From NCBI RefSeq assembly GCF_006345805.1, contig NC_043002.1:75702001-75766000 (forward strand): 64,000 bases of DNA, in the 5' to 3' direction. The translations under genes and the position numbers were made by a program. This DNA is from Octopus sinensis. Its lineage: Eukaryota. Below the pieces are notes generated by a model. That model worked only from the letters and a program-made list of their open reading frames with translations. It ran no database searches and had not been told where the DNA came from. Positions 15,270 to 27,922 of the stretch are shown one piece after another; position 1 is the first letter of the stretch; each line of letters opens with the position of its first letter.

Positions 15270-16700
15270 ATTTAGCAGTATCTCGCCTGTTGCTGAATTC
15301 TGAGTTCAAATTCTGCCGAGGGTCAACTTTGCCTTTCATCCTTTTGGGGTTGATAAAATAAGTACCAGTTGAGTGCTGGGGGCCCGATGTAATCAACTAT
15401 CCCCCTCCCCAAAATTTCAGGCCTTGTTTGTCAACTCACAACAAGGTACCTCAGACATACAGCATTATGCATGCACTTCCCAGTAATCCTGAGTTTTGCA
15501 ATACACCTAGATCGTAGGGTATGTTTAGAGTTTTCAGATGTTTTTTTCAGATTGGGTGGTATTGAACCCATAGCTCTAATGATAATAGGGATAACCTTTA
15601 TGTTTGACTCTCATAGCTGCCACATCGTAGTGATCTCAATTCTCAGGTCTTCACATTTTTCAACTTGTCCTCTTTCTTTCATGACGATATGTTTATCTCC
15701 TGGCACTGCCACATCAGTTACTAGGCTCTGTTGTTTGTCCCTCCTAAAGGTTACTATATCTGGCCTTCAGTGCTCTAATACCTTGTCTGTCTGAAAGTCA
15801 AAGTTTCAGAGGATTTTTGCCTGCCCCTTTTCACCCATTACCATTTCTGGTGTATGTTGGTACCAAGCACCCGTAACCTCATATCCATATTTACAGCATA
15901 GTAGCTAGTGGAGGTTTTGGGCTACCTTGTTGTGTCAGTGCTTGTACTCTTTGGCGGCAAACTGGCAGAACCATTAGTATGTCGGACAAATTATTTAGCA
16001 GTGTTTTTTCTTGCTCGTTGTGTTCTGAGTTCAGATTCCACTAATATTGACTTTGTCTTTCATTGTTTTGGGATCAATAAATTAAGTACCAGTTGAGCAC
16101 TGGGGTTGATGTAATGGCTAACCTAAAATTGCTGACTTAAGATTTGAAACCATCGCCATCACCATCATCATGGTGAGCTGGCAGCATCATTAACATAACA
16201 GACAAAATGCTTAGCAACATTTCTTCCAGCTTCATGTTCTGAGTTCAAGTGCTACCAAGATCAACTCTGCCTGTCATCCTTTCGGGGTCATTAAAACAAG
16301 TACTGGGTGTGATGCAATTGACAAGCCTTCTTCCCCCAAATTCCAGGCCTTGTGCCTATAGTAGAAAGGATTATTATTATTATTATTATTATTATCCCAC
16401 CCATGCTAGCATGGAAGGTGGATGTTAAACGATGATGATGGTGATGATGATGATGATGTTATTATCATTATTATTATCAAGGTAGTGAGTTGGCAGAATT
16501 GTTAGCATGTTAGACAAAATGCTAAGTGGCATTATATTCTATCTCTATGTTCTGAGTTCAAGTTCTGCCAAAGCTGACTTTGCCTTTCATCCTTTCCGTG
16601 TTGATAAAGTAAGTACTAGTTGAGCACTGAGACTGTTGTAATCAACTTAACCAGTCTCCTGATATTGCTGGCCTTGTCCTAAAACTTGAGACCATTATTA
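15270..16700 (+). mobile_element. Cluster of four family A SINEs (about 15270-15426, 15951-16150, 16170-16395, 16480-16700) around a LINE fragment
   Basis: Repeated TTCTGAGTTCAAATTC..CTTTGCCTTTCATCC..AAGTACCAG motifs with (ATT)n tails. Confidence 0.75.
15427..15930 (-). mobile_element. Second copy of the same R4/Dong-like 3' fragment
   Basis: Reverse complement aligns with about 46890-47400 (FQTDKVLEH*RPDIV..., IPIIIRAMGS). Confidence 0.78.
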
Positions 16701-17182
16701 AGGCTGAAAGGTATGGGGACAGATACATTCCTCCTTGGTAGAGCTCTCGTTGACTTCTTCAAGTTTCACTTGAAAAGGAAATTGGGAGTGGAGAAGGAAG
16801 TATTGTCCTTGAGTGAGTTTATTGAAAGGTGGGTGAAAGTTGCAAAAATGGCAAGAGTGGATGGTATCTTTCTCAGTGTGGACATGTAAGTCAGAGAAAA
16901 GGAATTGGAGAGGGCACTTGCTGTTGGTGTTCTGGGAAATCTTGGGTAGTGGGGTTCCTCAGTTATTCCTAGAGGTCCTCCTGTATCAAGAGGGCTACAT
17001 CTCTATGATCCTCCCTGTCCTTTTTTTTAAACCCTTGTATACTGTGTATATATCCCTTTTTTTTCAGTGTATACAGTGTATATTTAACCCCCCACCATTT
17101 AAAAAAATTATTTCATTATATGCAAACCCCAACACTTTATGGCTGTCTTTGTATTGTCTCCCCCATCCTTTGCCCATGTGAA
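16697..17182 (+). mobile_element. Non-LTR retrotransposon ORF2 C-terminus plus 3' UTR, probably L1/Tx1-like
   Basis: LKGMGTDTFLLGRALVDFFKFHLKRKLGVEKEVLSLSEFIERW...*; a diverged second copy at 12160-12460 shows it is repetitive. Clade assignment by resemblance only. Confidence 0.5.
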
Positions 17183-17184
17183 AG

Positions 17185-17515
17185 TATTGTCTTCAGATAT
17201 GTTTGTTTGTCTGTGGACAAAATATCTCAAGAACTGCTGGATGGATTCGGATGAAACTTTCAGGAATGTTTGACCTTGAACTGATTAAATTTGGGATCAA
17301 TCCGTTATCAGACAAGGATTCTGGATTATTTTTCCTGTTTCTTTACTTAATCTTTGAGGGCAGTCAGGTTCATTTTTAGTATTCTCGTTTGTGAGAGCAG
17401 TCGAGTTTATTTCAGATATTTTCATTTTAAAAATCATCTCTGGCTTATTGTTCAGAGGACGTTGGTGTTGCCTTGGCAGAGGTTTGTGCTCTCTGAGTGC
17501 TTTTGTTATTATTAT
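17185..17515 (+). mobile_element. Helentron/DINE-like non-autonomous element
   Basis: tgtttgtttgtctgt..aaaatatctcaagaactgctggatggattcggatgaaac... ending CCTTGGCAGAGGTTTGTGCTCTCTGAGTGCTTTT; resemblance only. Confidence 0.5.
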
Positions 17516-17534
17516 TGTCATCATTATTATTATT

Positions 17535-17790
17535 AAGGCGGCAAGCTGGCAGAATTATTAGCATGCCAAGCAAAATGCTTAGCAGCATTTCGTCTGTCTT
17601 CATGTTCTGAGTTCAAATTCTCCCGAGGTTGACTTTGTTTTTCATCCTTTTGGAGTCAATAAATTAAGTAACAGTTGAACACCGGGTTCAAAGTAATCGA
17701 CTTATCCCCTCCCCCAAAATGTCAGGCCTCATGCCTATAGTAGAAAGGATTAATATTATTATTATTATTATTATTATTATTATCATTATT
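17535..17790 (+). mobile_element. Family A SINE, full length, within (ATT)n
   Basis: GGCGGCAAGCTGGCAGAA...GTAGAAAGG(ATT)n. Confidence 0.85.
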
Positions 17791-18646
17791 ATTAGGATGG
17801 TATTATGATAGACATCTATGCCAGACTAAATGATTTAGGGTATTTGCTACGTCTTCCTGTGCTATAATTTCTAACCCCACTGGTGTTAAGTTTTCACACC
17901 ACCAGAGCTGAGGAAATAAATACTTGTATTGATTCCAAAGGTCTTTGTTTCAGTGCTTTTATCTCTAGTACCAAACAAAGTGGGCTAAACTGAGCTGGCT
18001 GAATGTTTGTTTGGTTTCTTAGACCCTGGAAGATTTAGTTTGGGTTGTTTGCATTTGACACCCCAGTAGGTTTCATACAGATTAGGTTGAAACGTCTGTC
18101 AAAAGAGAAAAATGTTCTATCATTTGCGCTGTATAGCACATTAGTAATCTCAGGGCTAGAACTTGGAGTTGGGTAAAAAATTAAAAAAACTCATCTAAAC
18201 ATATATCTACTATATGAAAGAAGGGAAAAAAAATGAAAGAAAGGAGCAAAAAAAAGAAAAGCATGACAAGTTAAAAGGAAATCGAAAATGTTTCTGGATG
18301 GACATAATATCTAAAAATTGGTTAGTGATGCCATTTATAAAGATGTGGATTCAAATATTGACAATTCCGTCTTCATAGTTGTCAGGTTGATAGAGTCACT
18401 GTTTTACCGAGTTGATCTGAGCGGTATCTGGCAATCTTTTTCTCTTTGCCATATCTCGCTGTAGTTGATTGCTGGAATCAACTTGACCGTAAGAATAACT
18501 TTCATTTTTTCTCCCCCCCCCCTACAGTAATGTCAGACATGGGTCTGGTGATGGTGATGAGAGAAGGAGCTTGGACAAGCAGAAGATGTACATTGAATAG
18601 ACAATGGCAAAAATGACCAGCCAACCACAGAAGTCTATATTCTACC

Positions 18647-18686
<40 letters not shown>

Positions 18687-19512
18687 TTGTGTTCTGTGAC
18701 TTAAAGTATGACAGTAATACAAAAATATTAGTGAAGCTAATGTCCATTAGAGATCTAATACAAAAGAAAGAAAAAAGGGGTGGCGCGGGATGGGCAGTAG
18801 TAACCCCACCCACTTATACTATTACTACTACCCTCTTGATCTATCTTGCACCTCCTCTTTCACTCCTCGTTTCCCCATCATTTTACTGAAGATAAAAATG
18901 CACTGAAATCTCATTGGTATTGTAAATATGTAAGATTATGGATGATGTATTAAATCTAAAATGCTTAGGTTTGTGGATGCCTGTCCATTCTACTCTTAAT
19001 AGAACTTTCTAAATCCTTGGATTACTCTGTCAGATTTTTAAAAGCTTCTTTATCAGATTGCCTGCATCAATTTCACCTTTTCCTTCCTTGTGTCCTTGTC
19101 ACACTCTCTCATTACCCCCATCTCCCTTCTCTTTCTCTGTCTGTCTGTCTCTCTCATTCTTGGTTATTTTTGTCTTTATTTTGGACTGAGTTTCTATGTA
19201 CATCTCTTTTTTTTTTTGTTTTTTGGAGCTTTAGGTGTCTGCTCCCATTCTCAACACCACACAACTATGGCATCAGTCTTTTAAAAAAACAAAAAACCTA
19301 CAAATTCCAATTGACTTAGCCCCCTCTGAGAATCACTGGTGTATGAAAATGTCTTTTCTCCATAGTGACTCAATAGGTTTTTAACATTGATGTTTATTTA
19401 TTTATGTATGTATGTGGACATGGTTTCTCATTTTAATCCTTGAATGAAAGGGCCCAGTGTTTTGTCTGTTGTGAAGTGTATAAAAAGCAAAAACACAATA
19501 TTATGGAAATAC

Positions 19513-19934
19513 ACCAGCATTGCCTTACTGGCACCTGTGCCGGTGGCATGTGTAAAAAGATTCAAGCGAGGTCGTTGCCAGTACCGCCTGACTGGCCCCC
19601 GTGCCGGTGGCATGTAAAAGCACCCACTACACTCTCGGAGTGGTTGGCGTTAGGAAGGGCATCCAGCTGTAGAAACTCTGCCAGATCAAGATTGGAGCCT
19701 GGTGCAGCCATCTGGTTCGCCAGCCCTCAGTCAAATCATCTAACCCATGCTAGAATGGAAAGCGGACATTAAACGATGATGATGATGATGAAAAGGAATT
19801 TATTGCTTTGTAATCTTTGTCTCATTATGAAATAAACATTTTGGGGGTAAACCCCTACTTTGAGATTCTCTAAGTTTCTAAATTATCAAAATTGAGTTTA
19901 TAACATACATGGATGTTACATGTTTTATATATAT

Positions 19935-19966
<32 letters not shown>

Positions 19967-20210
19967 GTGTGTGTGTGTATGTGTGTAAAATGCACCTGTG
20001 CTGGGTCACATAAAAAGCTCTTGTGCTGGTGCTGCTTAAAGAGGACTCAGCATACTCCATAAAAGAAGATGGCATTAGGAAGGGCATCCAGCTATAGAAA
20101 CCATACCAAAACAGACAGTTGGATTCTGGTGCATCTCTATGGCTTGCCAGCTCATTCTCAAACCATCTAACCCATGCTGACATGGGTTGGATGTTAAATG
20201 ACAATGATGA
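19513..20210 (+). mobile_element. Two RTE 3' UTR fragments (19513-19790 and about 19985-20210)
   Basis: GGCGTTAGGAAGGGCATCCAGC...CTAACCCATGCTAG...AAAC(GAT)n. Confidence 0.75.
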
Positions 20211-20570
20211 TAAACATAAGGTTACAACAGTTCTCTCACATTACAAGCAGCATGACACTTGGGCATCAGCTGGCATAGATTTGAAAGATGAAGACAGGTT
20301 AAGTTACCTTAATGACAGATGCTATCATTTGTCAGAGTGTGATCAATCAGATTCCAGTGAAAGTAGTAATTAAGCTTCAAATAGATATCATTATGATCAT
20401 CAACTCCATTGTGTAACTCATCACATCATCTATTGATGTTTTAATAATATTATTAGTTCTCAAGCAAAGGAACGCACTGGGACCCATAACATTTATTTAT
20501 TAACAGTAAGCTACAGTTGGGCCTTTTAGACTTGTGAGGACAGTGGATAAGTATCCAGTGTACCCATCCT

Positions 20571-20798
20571 TTAACCCTTTAACATTCAGATTACTCTATC
20601 AAATGTGATGCATATTTATTCACCCTGCTTTAAATTAGTCGAACATTATCTTGTAAGTTTAATATTTTCCTAATGCGATTGCTTATTTTTTGAAAGACAT
20701 TGTTGGGTAGGTGTGAGATGCTGGATCTGGCTGGTTTGAACATAATACCTATAGAATATTTAGGCTGGATATGGCTGGTTTGAAAACTAAAAGCTTAA
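20571..20798 (+). mobile_element. piggyBac-derived MITE, family 1, full copy
   Basis: TTAA at both ends (20571-74, 20795-98), degenerate CCCTTT TIRs; homologous to 42037-42195 and to both ends of 58535-60316. Confidence 0.75.
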
Positions 20799-20899
20799 GA
20801 TCGCTCAGCAGATACTAATATTTTATAATCCACTCTTCATGAACGTCACTGTTTTGTCTTTATTTACTTTTTGTTTTTGTTTATTATAACGATTTAATA

Positions 20900-21070
20900 T
20901 TATTTGGCAGATGTTTCCAGCTCTTTATGTTCTGAGGTCAAATTCCACCAAGATCAACTTTACTTTCCATTCTTTCAGGGTTGATAAAATAAGTACCAGT
21001 TGAGCACTGGGGACGATATATCGACTTACCCTTTCCCTAAAATTGCTGGCCTTGGGCCAATATTTCAAGC
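20900..21070 (+). mobile_element. Family A SINE, 5' decayed, ending about 70 nt before the SMG5 exon
   Basis: tgttctgaggtcaaattcc..ttgataaaataagtaccagttgagcactgggg. Confidence 0.7.
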
Positions 21071-21138
21071 TCTTATTTGACAACAACCACCCAAAAGCTA
21101 ACGCATATTCTAACATTTATGTATTCATTTCTTTCCAG

Positions 21139-21198
21139 GTAAATGCTGAGAGTCGACGCAATCAACTCATGAGAGATATGGCTCAGTTACGATTACAG
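21139..21198 (+). CDS. SMG5: SMG5 (EST1B) internal coding exon, 60 nt, phase 0-0, VNAESRRNQLMRDMAQLRLQ
   Basis: Peptide matches my recollection of human SMG5 'EARRNRLMRDMAQLRLQ' just upstream of the PIN domain. Acceptor ttctttccAG (21137-38), branch-like CTAAC at 21110-14, donor CAG|GTAAGC at 21199. Confidence 0.92.
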
Positions 21199-21247
21199 GT
21201 AAGCCCAGATTTATTTATCTATTCTTCATTTTCTTTTTACAATTATA

Positions 21248-21615
21248 TTTACCTTGCGCATGTAAGCGAAAGCAAAGTATTGTAATCACTCGTCTTTGTC
21301 TGTGTGTTTGCAAAATTACTGGAAAACGGCTGAACCAATTTCCCCCAAATTTGGCAGAAATGCTCATTGGATGAGTGGCTCGAAATGATGAAAATTTGGT
21401 TTGGATATGCAACCCTGTGTGGATTTGAGGGTTTCATTTATTTATGAGTTGATTTCTTAATTTCATTGGAGTATAAATACCTATAATGGTGATACTTAAA
21501 AAGAAAGAAAAAAATTAATTCAATTCAATTAAAAAGGATGGGTTAGCAACGCATTGTAAGCCACACTATAATTTGCAAAAAATATTAATCTGTGCACAGG
21601 GTTTTCATTTCTTAA
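21248..21615 (+). mobile_element. Helentron/DINE-like non-autonomous element 50 nt downstream of the SMG5 donor
   Basis: tgtctgtgtgtttgcaaaattactggaaaacggctgaaccaatttcccccaaatttggc pattern; resemblance only. Confidence 0.4.
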
Positions 21616-23189
21616 TTGTTTTGTACACTTGTTCATTTACACTGAATTGCATCATGGGCAAGTGTTATATCACCTTGCTTGGAAAAAAGTGAGGGTTGGT
21701 GACAGGAAGGGTATCCAGCCATAGTAAAAACTGCCCCATCAAGTTCTGTCTCATCTATGCTTGCATAGAAAAGTAGACTTTAAGATAATGATGAAGTTAC
21801 ATGTTTTTCACTTTTTAATCAAAAACAGTTACCCACCAACTGGCTACTCTTTGTTTTCCATGTTCAGTTTGTTTCCTGTTTAAAAAATAAGGGCTTTGGT
21901 CAAAATATTCCTATGTAGCAATACCATCAGCCACTTTTAAATGTTTTCAGGATCACTACCATTCTTATCACTTCAATATGATTTAGTTTACGTTACAACT
22001 TGTTGCTGCTGTTAACATCAGCTGTCCTACTAACATGTTAGAAGATTGACTGTAATTTTAGATCCTAATGTCATTTGAATTGTTGACTAAGAACAAACAC
22101 ACACAGTAGTTCTATTATCAAATGAAGTCATTGTTCCAGAGAAAGACGTATTTACATCTTGGAGCACTTTTGCTTCTTCTGTTATTATTATTATTATTAG
22201 TTTTTCATTTTATTTATTTTTGTTTATCTTTCGTCATCAAAGCATGTTGAAGCAAGTGTTACATTTGTAGCCAAGGTTGATTGAGTTGATTGAAATACAA
22301 TCTAGAACAGAGTAAGAGATTTGGTTCTTCTCCACTGGTCTTGATGTTCATGTTGGACAAATGATAGCTTCAACTATAGTTTATTTTGATATCCGACGAT
22401 GATGAAGCTGACAGAATGGCATTAAGATCAGATTGAAATTTGAGATTAAACCATGCGTATTGTGAACACAAGTGACTGCATTGCATTTGTTGCAGAATGC
22501 AGTGTGTGGGTTGCAAAGGATCTTTTAATAGGTTAACAAAAACACAGCTACAATGGTCTGTGAAAAAATCTTTTAATGAGGATATGGCAGAAATCAATCA
22601 GCTTCACCAATAAGTTAATGCTTTACTAGAAGCTCTTCCAGAATCAACACGTGTGCAAACAATGGACAATGTTCCAGGTTAACAATGGTTGAACATGTCA
22701 GGCCTTGTAGCTCATATAATTATTTAGGGCTAAGGCACAGAGTGTATGGAAAAAACATTGCTTCACTCATATCAATGAATGCTCCTCAACAACAGTTTCC
22801 TTCTTGTTGTCGTTTTTTAGCCCTGAGTAAACTCATATGGAGCAACCCAGTTATTTAAGGCAATCCAGCCTTAATAACCTTCAAGTTTTTTTATTGAGGC
22901 TATATTGTCCAGTGTCCCATCCTACACTTTTTTAAACTATGGTAGGATATCATACATGAGAAATTTGACTGCTATTTTTGGTGGGTGATTAATTTAGAAA
23001 TTAGAAACTTCCTTGTGAGCAGGTTGTTATCAAACATGATGATGATAATTCTTATGATGGTTCAAATAGCAAGTAAATGTTGGCTTATTTATTAGTTCTG
23101 CCAGAGTTTCATTGGCTGGATTACATGGATAACTGAGTGAGGTCAGTAAGGGCTAAAATAGTTAAGGTTCAATCATATCTGGGGAGAGA

Positions 23190-23400
23190 TTCAGGATTGT
23201 CTGCGCCTTGCGTTGGAGTACAGTACCCACTTTTCATCCATAGTGATAACTGACTCCAACCAACTGAATCTTCGGCTTCACCAGAGCAGACTTTGACATG
23301 CAGTGACACGTGCTTGTTTGTTTGCTTCAGTCAATTCATGTGGCACCCATTTTCCAAGCTTACTGACCTTGCCGAATCTTTATATAGTCACAATAGACAC
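23190..23400 (-). pseudogene. Mariner transposase fragment containing the first catalytic Asp
   Basis: Minus strand reads GKVSKLGKWVPHELTEANKQARVTACQSLL...VITMDEKWVLYSNARRRQS. Confidence 0.8.
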
Positions 23401-24584
23401 GCTGGCTGCTCCTGACTGGTCGGTGATGCTGATTGGTTGGGGGATTGAAGGCAGCTTGGTTGTCCAAGAACTTTTTTACCAATGTAATATACTACAATGC
23501 ATTCACCAACCACCACCACCACCATCAAAAATAAGAATTGTTAACAGAGAGAGACAGGCAAAGAGTAATCAAGACACTGCAATGTATCAATTCCAGTTGG
23601 CTACAATATTCTGTTATATCAATGCCAGGGTCCATATAGTAAATCTGTGATAAGTTTTATTTGGAGATCTGGTGGTGGTGGGCATGATGAGATGGAAGGT
23701 TAAGTTCTCACAGATCAGTATCAAGTAAATTAAATTTGAACATTTAATTTAAAACTATTTTCTAAGTTTTTTTTTTTTTTTTGTTCATTCTGTCCCTCCT
23801 ATTCTCTCATTTTATTTATTCAAAACTATCTAATTATCCCATTATTATTATTATTTTTGGCAATTTAAAATTATTTGTTTGTGTATTTCATAATTTTATT
23901 TACAGTCTTCTTTCTTTTTCATTAAAAAAAAAAATATTTTTGTATTTTTTACATTTTTTTCTACCAACATTATTGTTGTTGCTACTTAAGCTTTCATTCT
24001 CTTTTTTTTTTTTTTTCAACACTCTGAAATATGATGCTTTGAGCAATTATCCAGATGGCTTTGGGTAGATTTCCTAAAAATTAATGGTTCAGTGTTTTTA
24101 TAAAAAAAATTAAAAAAAAGAAAGAAAATTTTTTTAATGCTTCTGTTTGTTTTGACTTCTGGGTGTGAGGCTATATGGGTGGGGTGGGGGTAGAAGTAAG
24201 AATAATATTTCTTTCCTTCTATATTTTCTACATTTGTTTCTTCTCACAAAGCTAATTTGAGGTTTTTACCATGGTTTTAAATACTATAAGCAGTTGTTTT
24301 TAAAAACTCTTAATTCTTTTAGTTTTTTATTGTTGTCAGGGTAGAATGATGCTTAACAAAAGAAAGAAAAGAAAAAAACCTAATGTATCTAATGTATTAT
24401 GTATTTATTTATTCTTCAAATTCTTTTTAAATAGTCTTGGATTAATTCATCATGGTTTTTTCAGTTTTATTTTTGTATATTCCCTTTAGATGTATTTAAT
24501 GTATTTGTATATTTTTTCTTTATGTACATAAATGTGTGTGTGTATATATATATGTATGTGTATGTATGCTTCTATGTATGTGTG

Positions 24585-24617
<33 letters not shown>

Positions 24618-24723
24618 ATATATATATTTAAATGTGCATGCATATGTGTGAGTGTATATATATATATATATATAAATGTGCATATGTGTGAGTGTATATA
24701 TATATTTATGTATGCATGCATAT

Positions 24724-24759
<36 letters not shown>

Positions 24760-24774
24760 GCATATGTATGTTTG

Positions 24775-24810
<36 letters not shown>

Positions 24811-24907
24811 ATATGTATACTTGTGTGTGTGCATGCATGTGTGTTTGTGTGTGTATATATATATTTATGTGTGTATATATGTTTATATATGTACGTGTGT
24901 GTGTGTG

Positions 24908-25760
24908 TATTGGGTCATATCATAGATAATATGGATTTTTTATATTTTTATTTTTCAAAATTAAGATAAGCAGAGTTCTTTTTTAATCTAAAATATACCC
25001 TCCTTCATTTTCTGCAATGCTCTTCCATGTATCTGGTAGACTTGCAAAGCCCCTCTTCCAAAATTCACTTGTCCATGACAAAAACTACACTTCCAGTACT
25101 GTTCTGACCTCGTCTACAGAATTCATATTCCTAATGATTTTGAAGACTGTGGAATAAATGATAATCAGATGGGGCAATATCCAGCGAATATGGTAGGTGG
25201 GGCATCGTTTCCCATTCAAATTGATCCAGCCTTTGGAATATCATCCTTACTGTATGTGGCTGAGCATTCTCCTGCCGGAAGAACACTTTTCATCTTGAAA
25301 CCAAAGATGGTTGTTTTTCTTCTAGTGCTGACTTAAGCCACTCCTGCTGTTTGCAGTAGATTTCCTTTGTTATCATTTGGTTCCGGTCTAAAAGTTCAAA
25401 AGTGGACTAAACCTTTCATATCCCACCAAACAGATAACAACACTTTACATGGGTGAAGACCTTTAGCCTGGGGTGCCAGTGTTTCTCCTTTCCCTACCCA
25501 CTGTCTTCAGTGCTTGACATTTTTATAGAGAACACATTTCAGAAAGGAGGGTCTACAAAGTTGGTAAAGATATTTTTGGGCAAAGTACTAAAAGTCTTGA
25601 TTGCAGAGTAGAAGGTAACGGTAGGAGCAGGTTGTGTGCTCTGCTCTGCAATGCATGGGAAAAATCTTCTGCAGTCAGACTGGTTTTGCAGGAGCTGTGG
25701 TGCTGGGTGATATTAGTTGTCTGTAGAATTGAATAATCTAATGATAGCAATTTCTGTACA
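24908..25760 (-). pseudogene. Decayed mariner element (D,D34D transposase C-terminal half plus 3' TIR)
   Basis: Minus strand reads VLYKNVK...KGLHPCKVLLSVWWDMKGLVHF...QENAQPH...PYSLDIAPSDYHLF. There are 34 codons between 25269-71 (second Asp changed to Glu) and Asp 25164-66. TA + TTGGGTCA TIR-like end at 24908. Stops and frameshifts present; 25550-25760 is very degraded. Confidence 0.85.
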
Positions 25761-26052
25761 ATTCTATGAATTATATTTCGAAATCAACTTGATTCTGAAA
25801 TAATTGAATCCTATCTGTTGTTAAAAGAATTTGCCGAAGACAAATGTCATATTAATGTATTTGTGTGTTGTTGTGAGTGCATATGTATATAAGTGTGTGT
25901 GTGTTTGTGTGTGTGTCTGTATAAATATATTCATTTATCTGCATCTCCTTACACACAAACCCACATACACACACATGCACACATATGCATATATGGACAC
26001 ATGGATAGATATTTGAAAATATTAATTAGTATATTGATATACATCCTATTTT

Positions 26053-26125
<73 letters not shown>

Positions 26126-26302
26126 ATATATATATGTATATATATATATATGTGTATATATATATTGTATATATATATATGTATATATATATATATGTAT
26201 ATATATTATATATATATATATATATTGTATATATATATTATATATATGTATATATATATGTATATATATATTATATATATGTATATATATATTATATATA
26301 TG

Positions 26303-26334
<32 letters not shown>

Positions 26335-26339
26335 TATAA

Positions 26340-26392
<53 letters not shown>

Positions 26393-27922
26393 GCAATATT
26401 AACATATGTATGAGTACAAAGCAATATATTCTTTTATGTATAAGGGAATATACAATTTGGTGTGTGAAGACATAAGTGGAATTGTTTATGTATGTATGCA
26501 GAGGTAGTAGAATTGTAGATATGAATATATGGCTACCATTGCATATCAACACACACACCCATACATATGCGTGTGTGTGTGTGTATGTGTTTGCATTTAA
26601 ATATATACATATACAAACTTACCCGCTCATAAAGTATGTATGTAGATATCCCTGTTGACATATACATAGAAAATTCAAATTAATAAGCAGTTGATGGCCG
26701 GCTTTGCTTTAACGATATATTTATATGCCTAATGGATATTGAATTAATGTATATTTAATATCATTTTCATTGTAGAATGATAACAGTTATGTTGTTTCAT
26801 TTTGTCTGTGTTTTTTGTTTTGTTTTTGTTTTTCTTTACATTTGTTTTTGTTTTTTTGTGTGTATGTGTGCTTTGGAATTGTTCCTTGCAGCGATGCTTT
26901 CTGCTGTTATCTGACTCAATTCTTCTCTCTGACTTGCGATGAAAACAGTCTCTTATGAAGTTGTAATTCATTTTTAAAGAGATATCTGGTTTTGTCACAC
27001 AACGTGAAGGCAGCTAAAAATGATTTGATAATAAATAGCACGGCTGAATCTAAATCACAGGGAGGTGTTTAACTTATATCTAGTTAACTCTTGTAAAAAG
27101 AAAGGAAAAAAAAAAACTTCAAGGGTTTCAGTACCACCAGTGGTATTTAGATCTGATTTTTGTTCAGTTAATACGGTCGTTGTTGTTTGTTCTTTAACCC
27201 AGCTCAGCCATAATTGAGTAGAACTATGATCATAGGTATTCCTAGTTTGAAATATATCATTTTTGCTTTCAGGTATAATGTATCTGGGGCTGCATTATAT
27301 AATGCAGTCTTGGGCAAACTGTGGCCCATGGGGCTTTCTGAATGATATGTCTTATGAAAAATTACCTAGAATTTTTTTTTTAAATGTGCAGCTTACCTAA
27401 TGATGAACCATGTCTCTTGCGATCTGCTTCTCAAGAAGTGTTGCTTTGGTCTAATCCAATGTGTCCTCAGTTATTTTTTAAAATCATAGAACATAATAGT
27501 AAAGAGATTTGGCTACCCTTTCTAGCAAGTCAAGCATTCTTGAAGCAGCTTTCTGATTGACTCAAACAAATTGGTTTAAAACCAGATCTCCACCTAGGCA
27601 AGCTTACTAGTTTGTCCTCGGTACTTCCTGCTGTGGAGTCTTTCAGCTTCTCTTGTATGAAAGGTAAACCAATTGACAAGCTTAAAAGTGGGACACTGGT
27701 CCTGCATCCTGGCCAGTGGTGCTATTATGCTGAACTTTAGCTGACATGATTCATTCCCCTTGATAAAGGGTTGATGGCCATGTAGTGCCTTGGGAAATAT
27801 GAAGACGTATACAAATATGTAACAAGCACCCTTTTCTCTCCATGACATGAAACATCTACGGAACATGTAGAAAGCAGTATTACATGGGACTGGACATGTA
27901 TTACATGGGATACTGTTAACAT

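Noticed and set aside
16686-16889. 67-aa ORF as a host gene
   Set aside because: A diverged second copy at 12160-12460 and a LINE-like 3' UTR indicate a retrotransposon remnant.
20210-20373. Protein-like ORF tail (HDTWASAGIDLKDEDRLSYLNDRC...)
   Set aside because: No splice signals or recognisable family; the ORF start lies in an RTE fragment.
22380-22680. Protein-like stretch (AEINQLHQ*VNALLEALPESTRVQTMDNV), possibly a Helitron helicase relic
   Set aside because: Too short and too interrupted to assign without a search.
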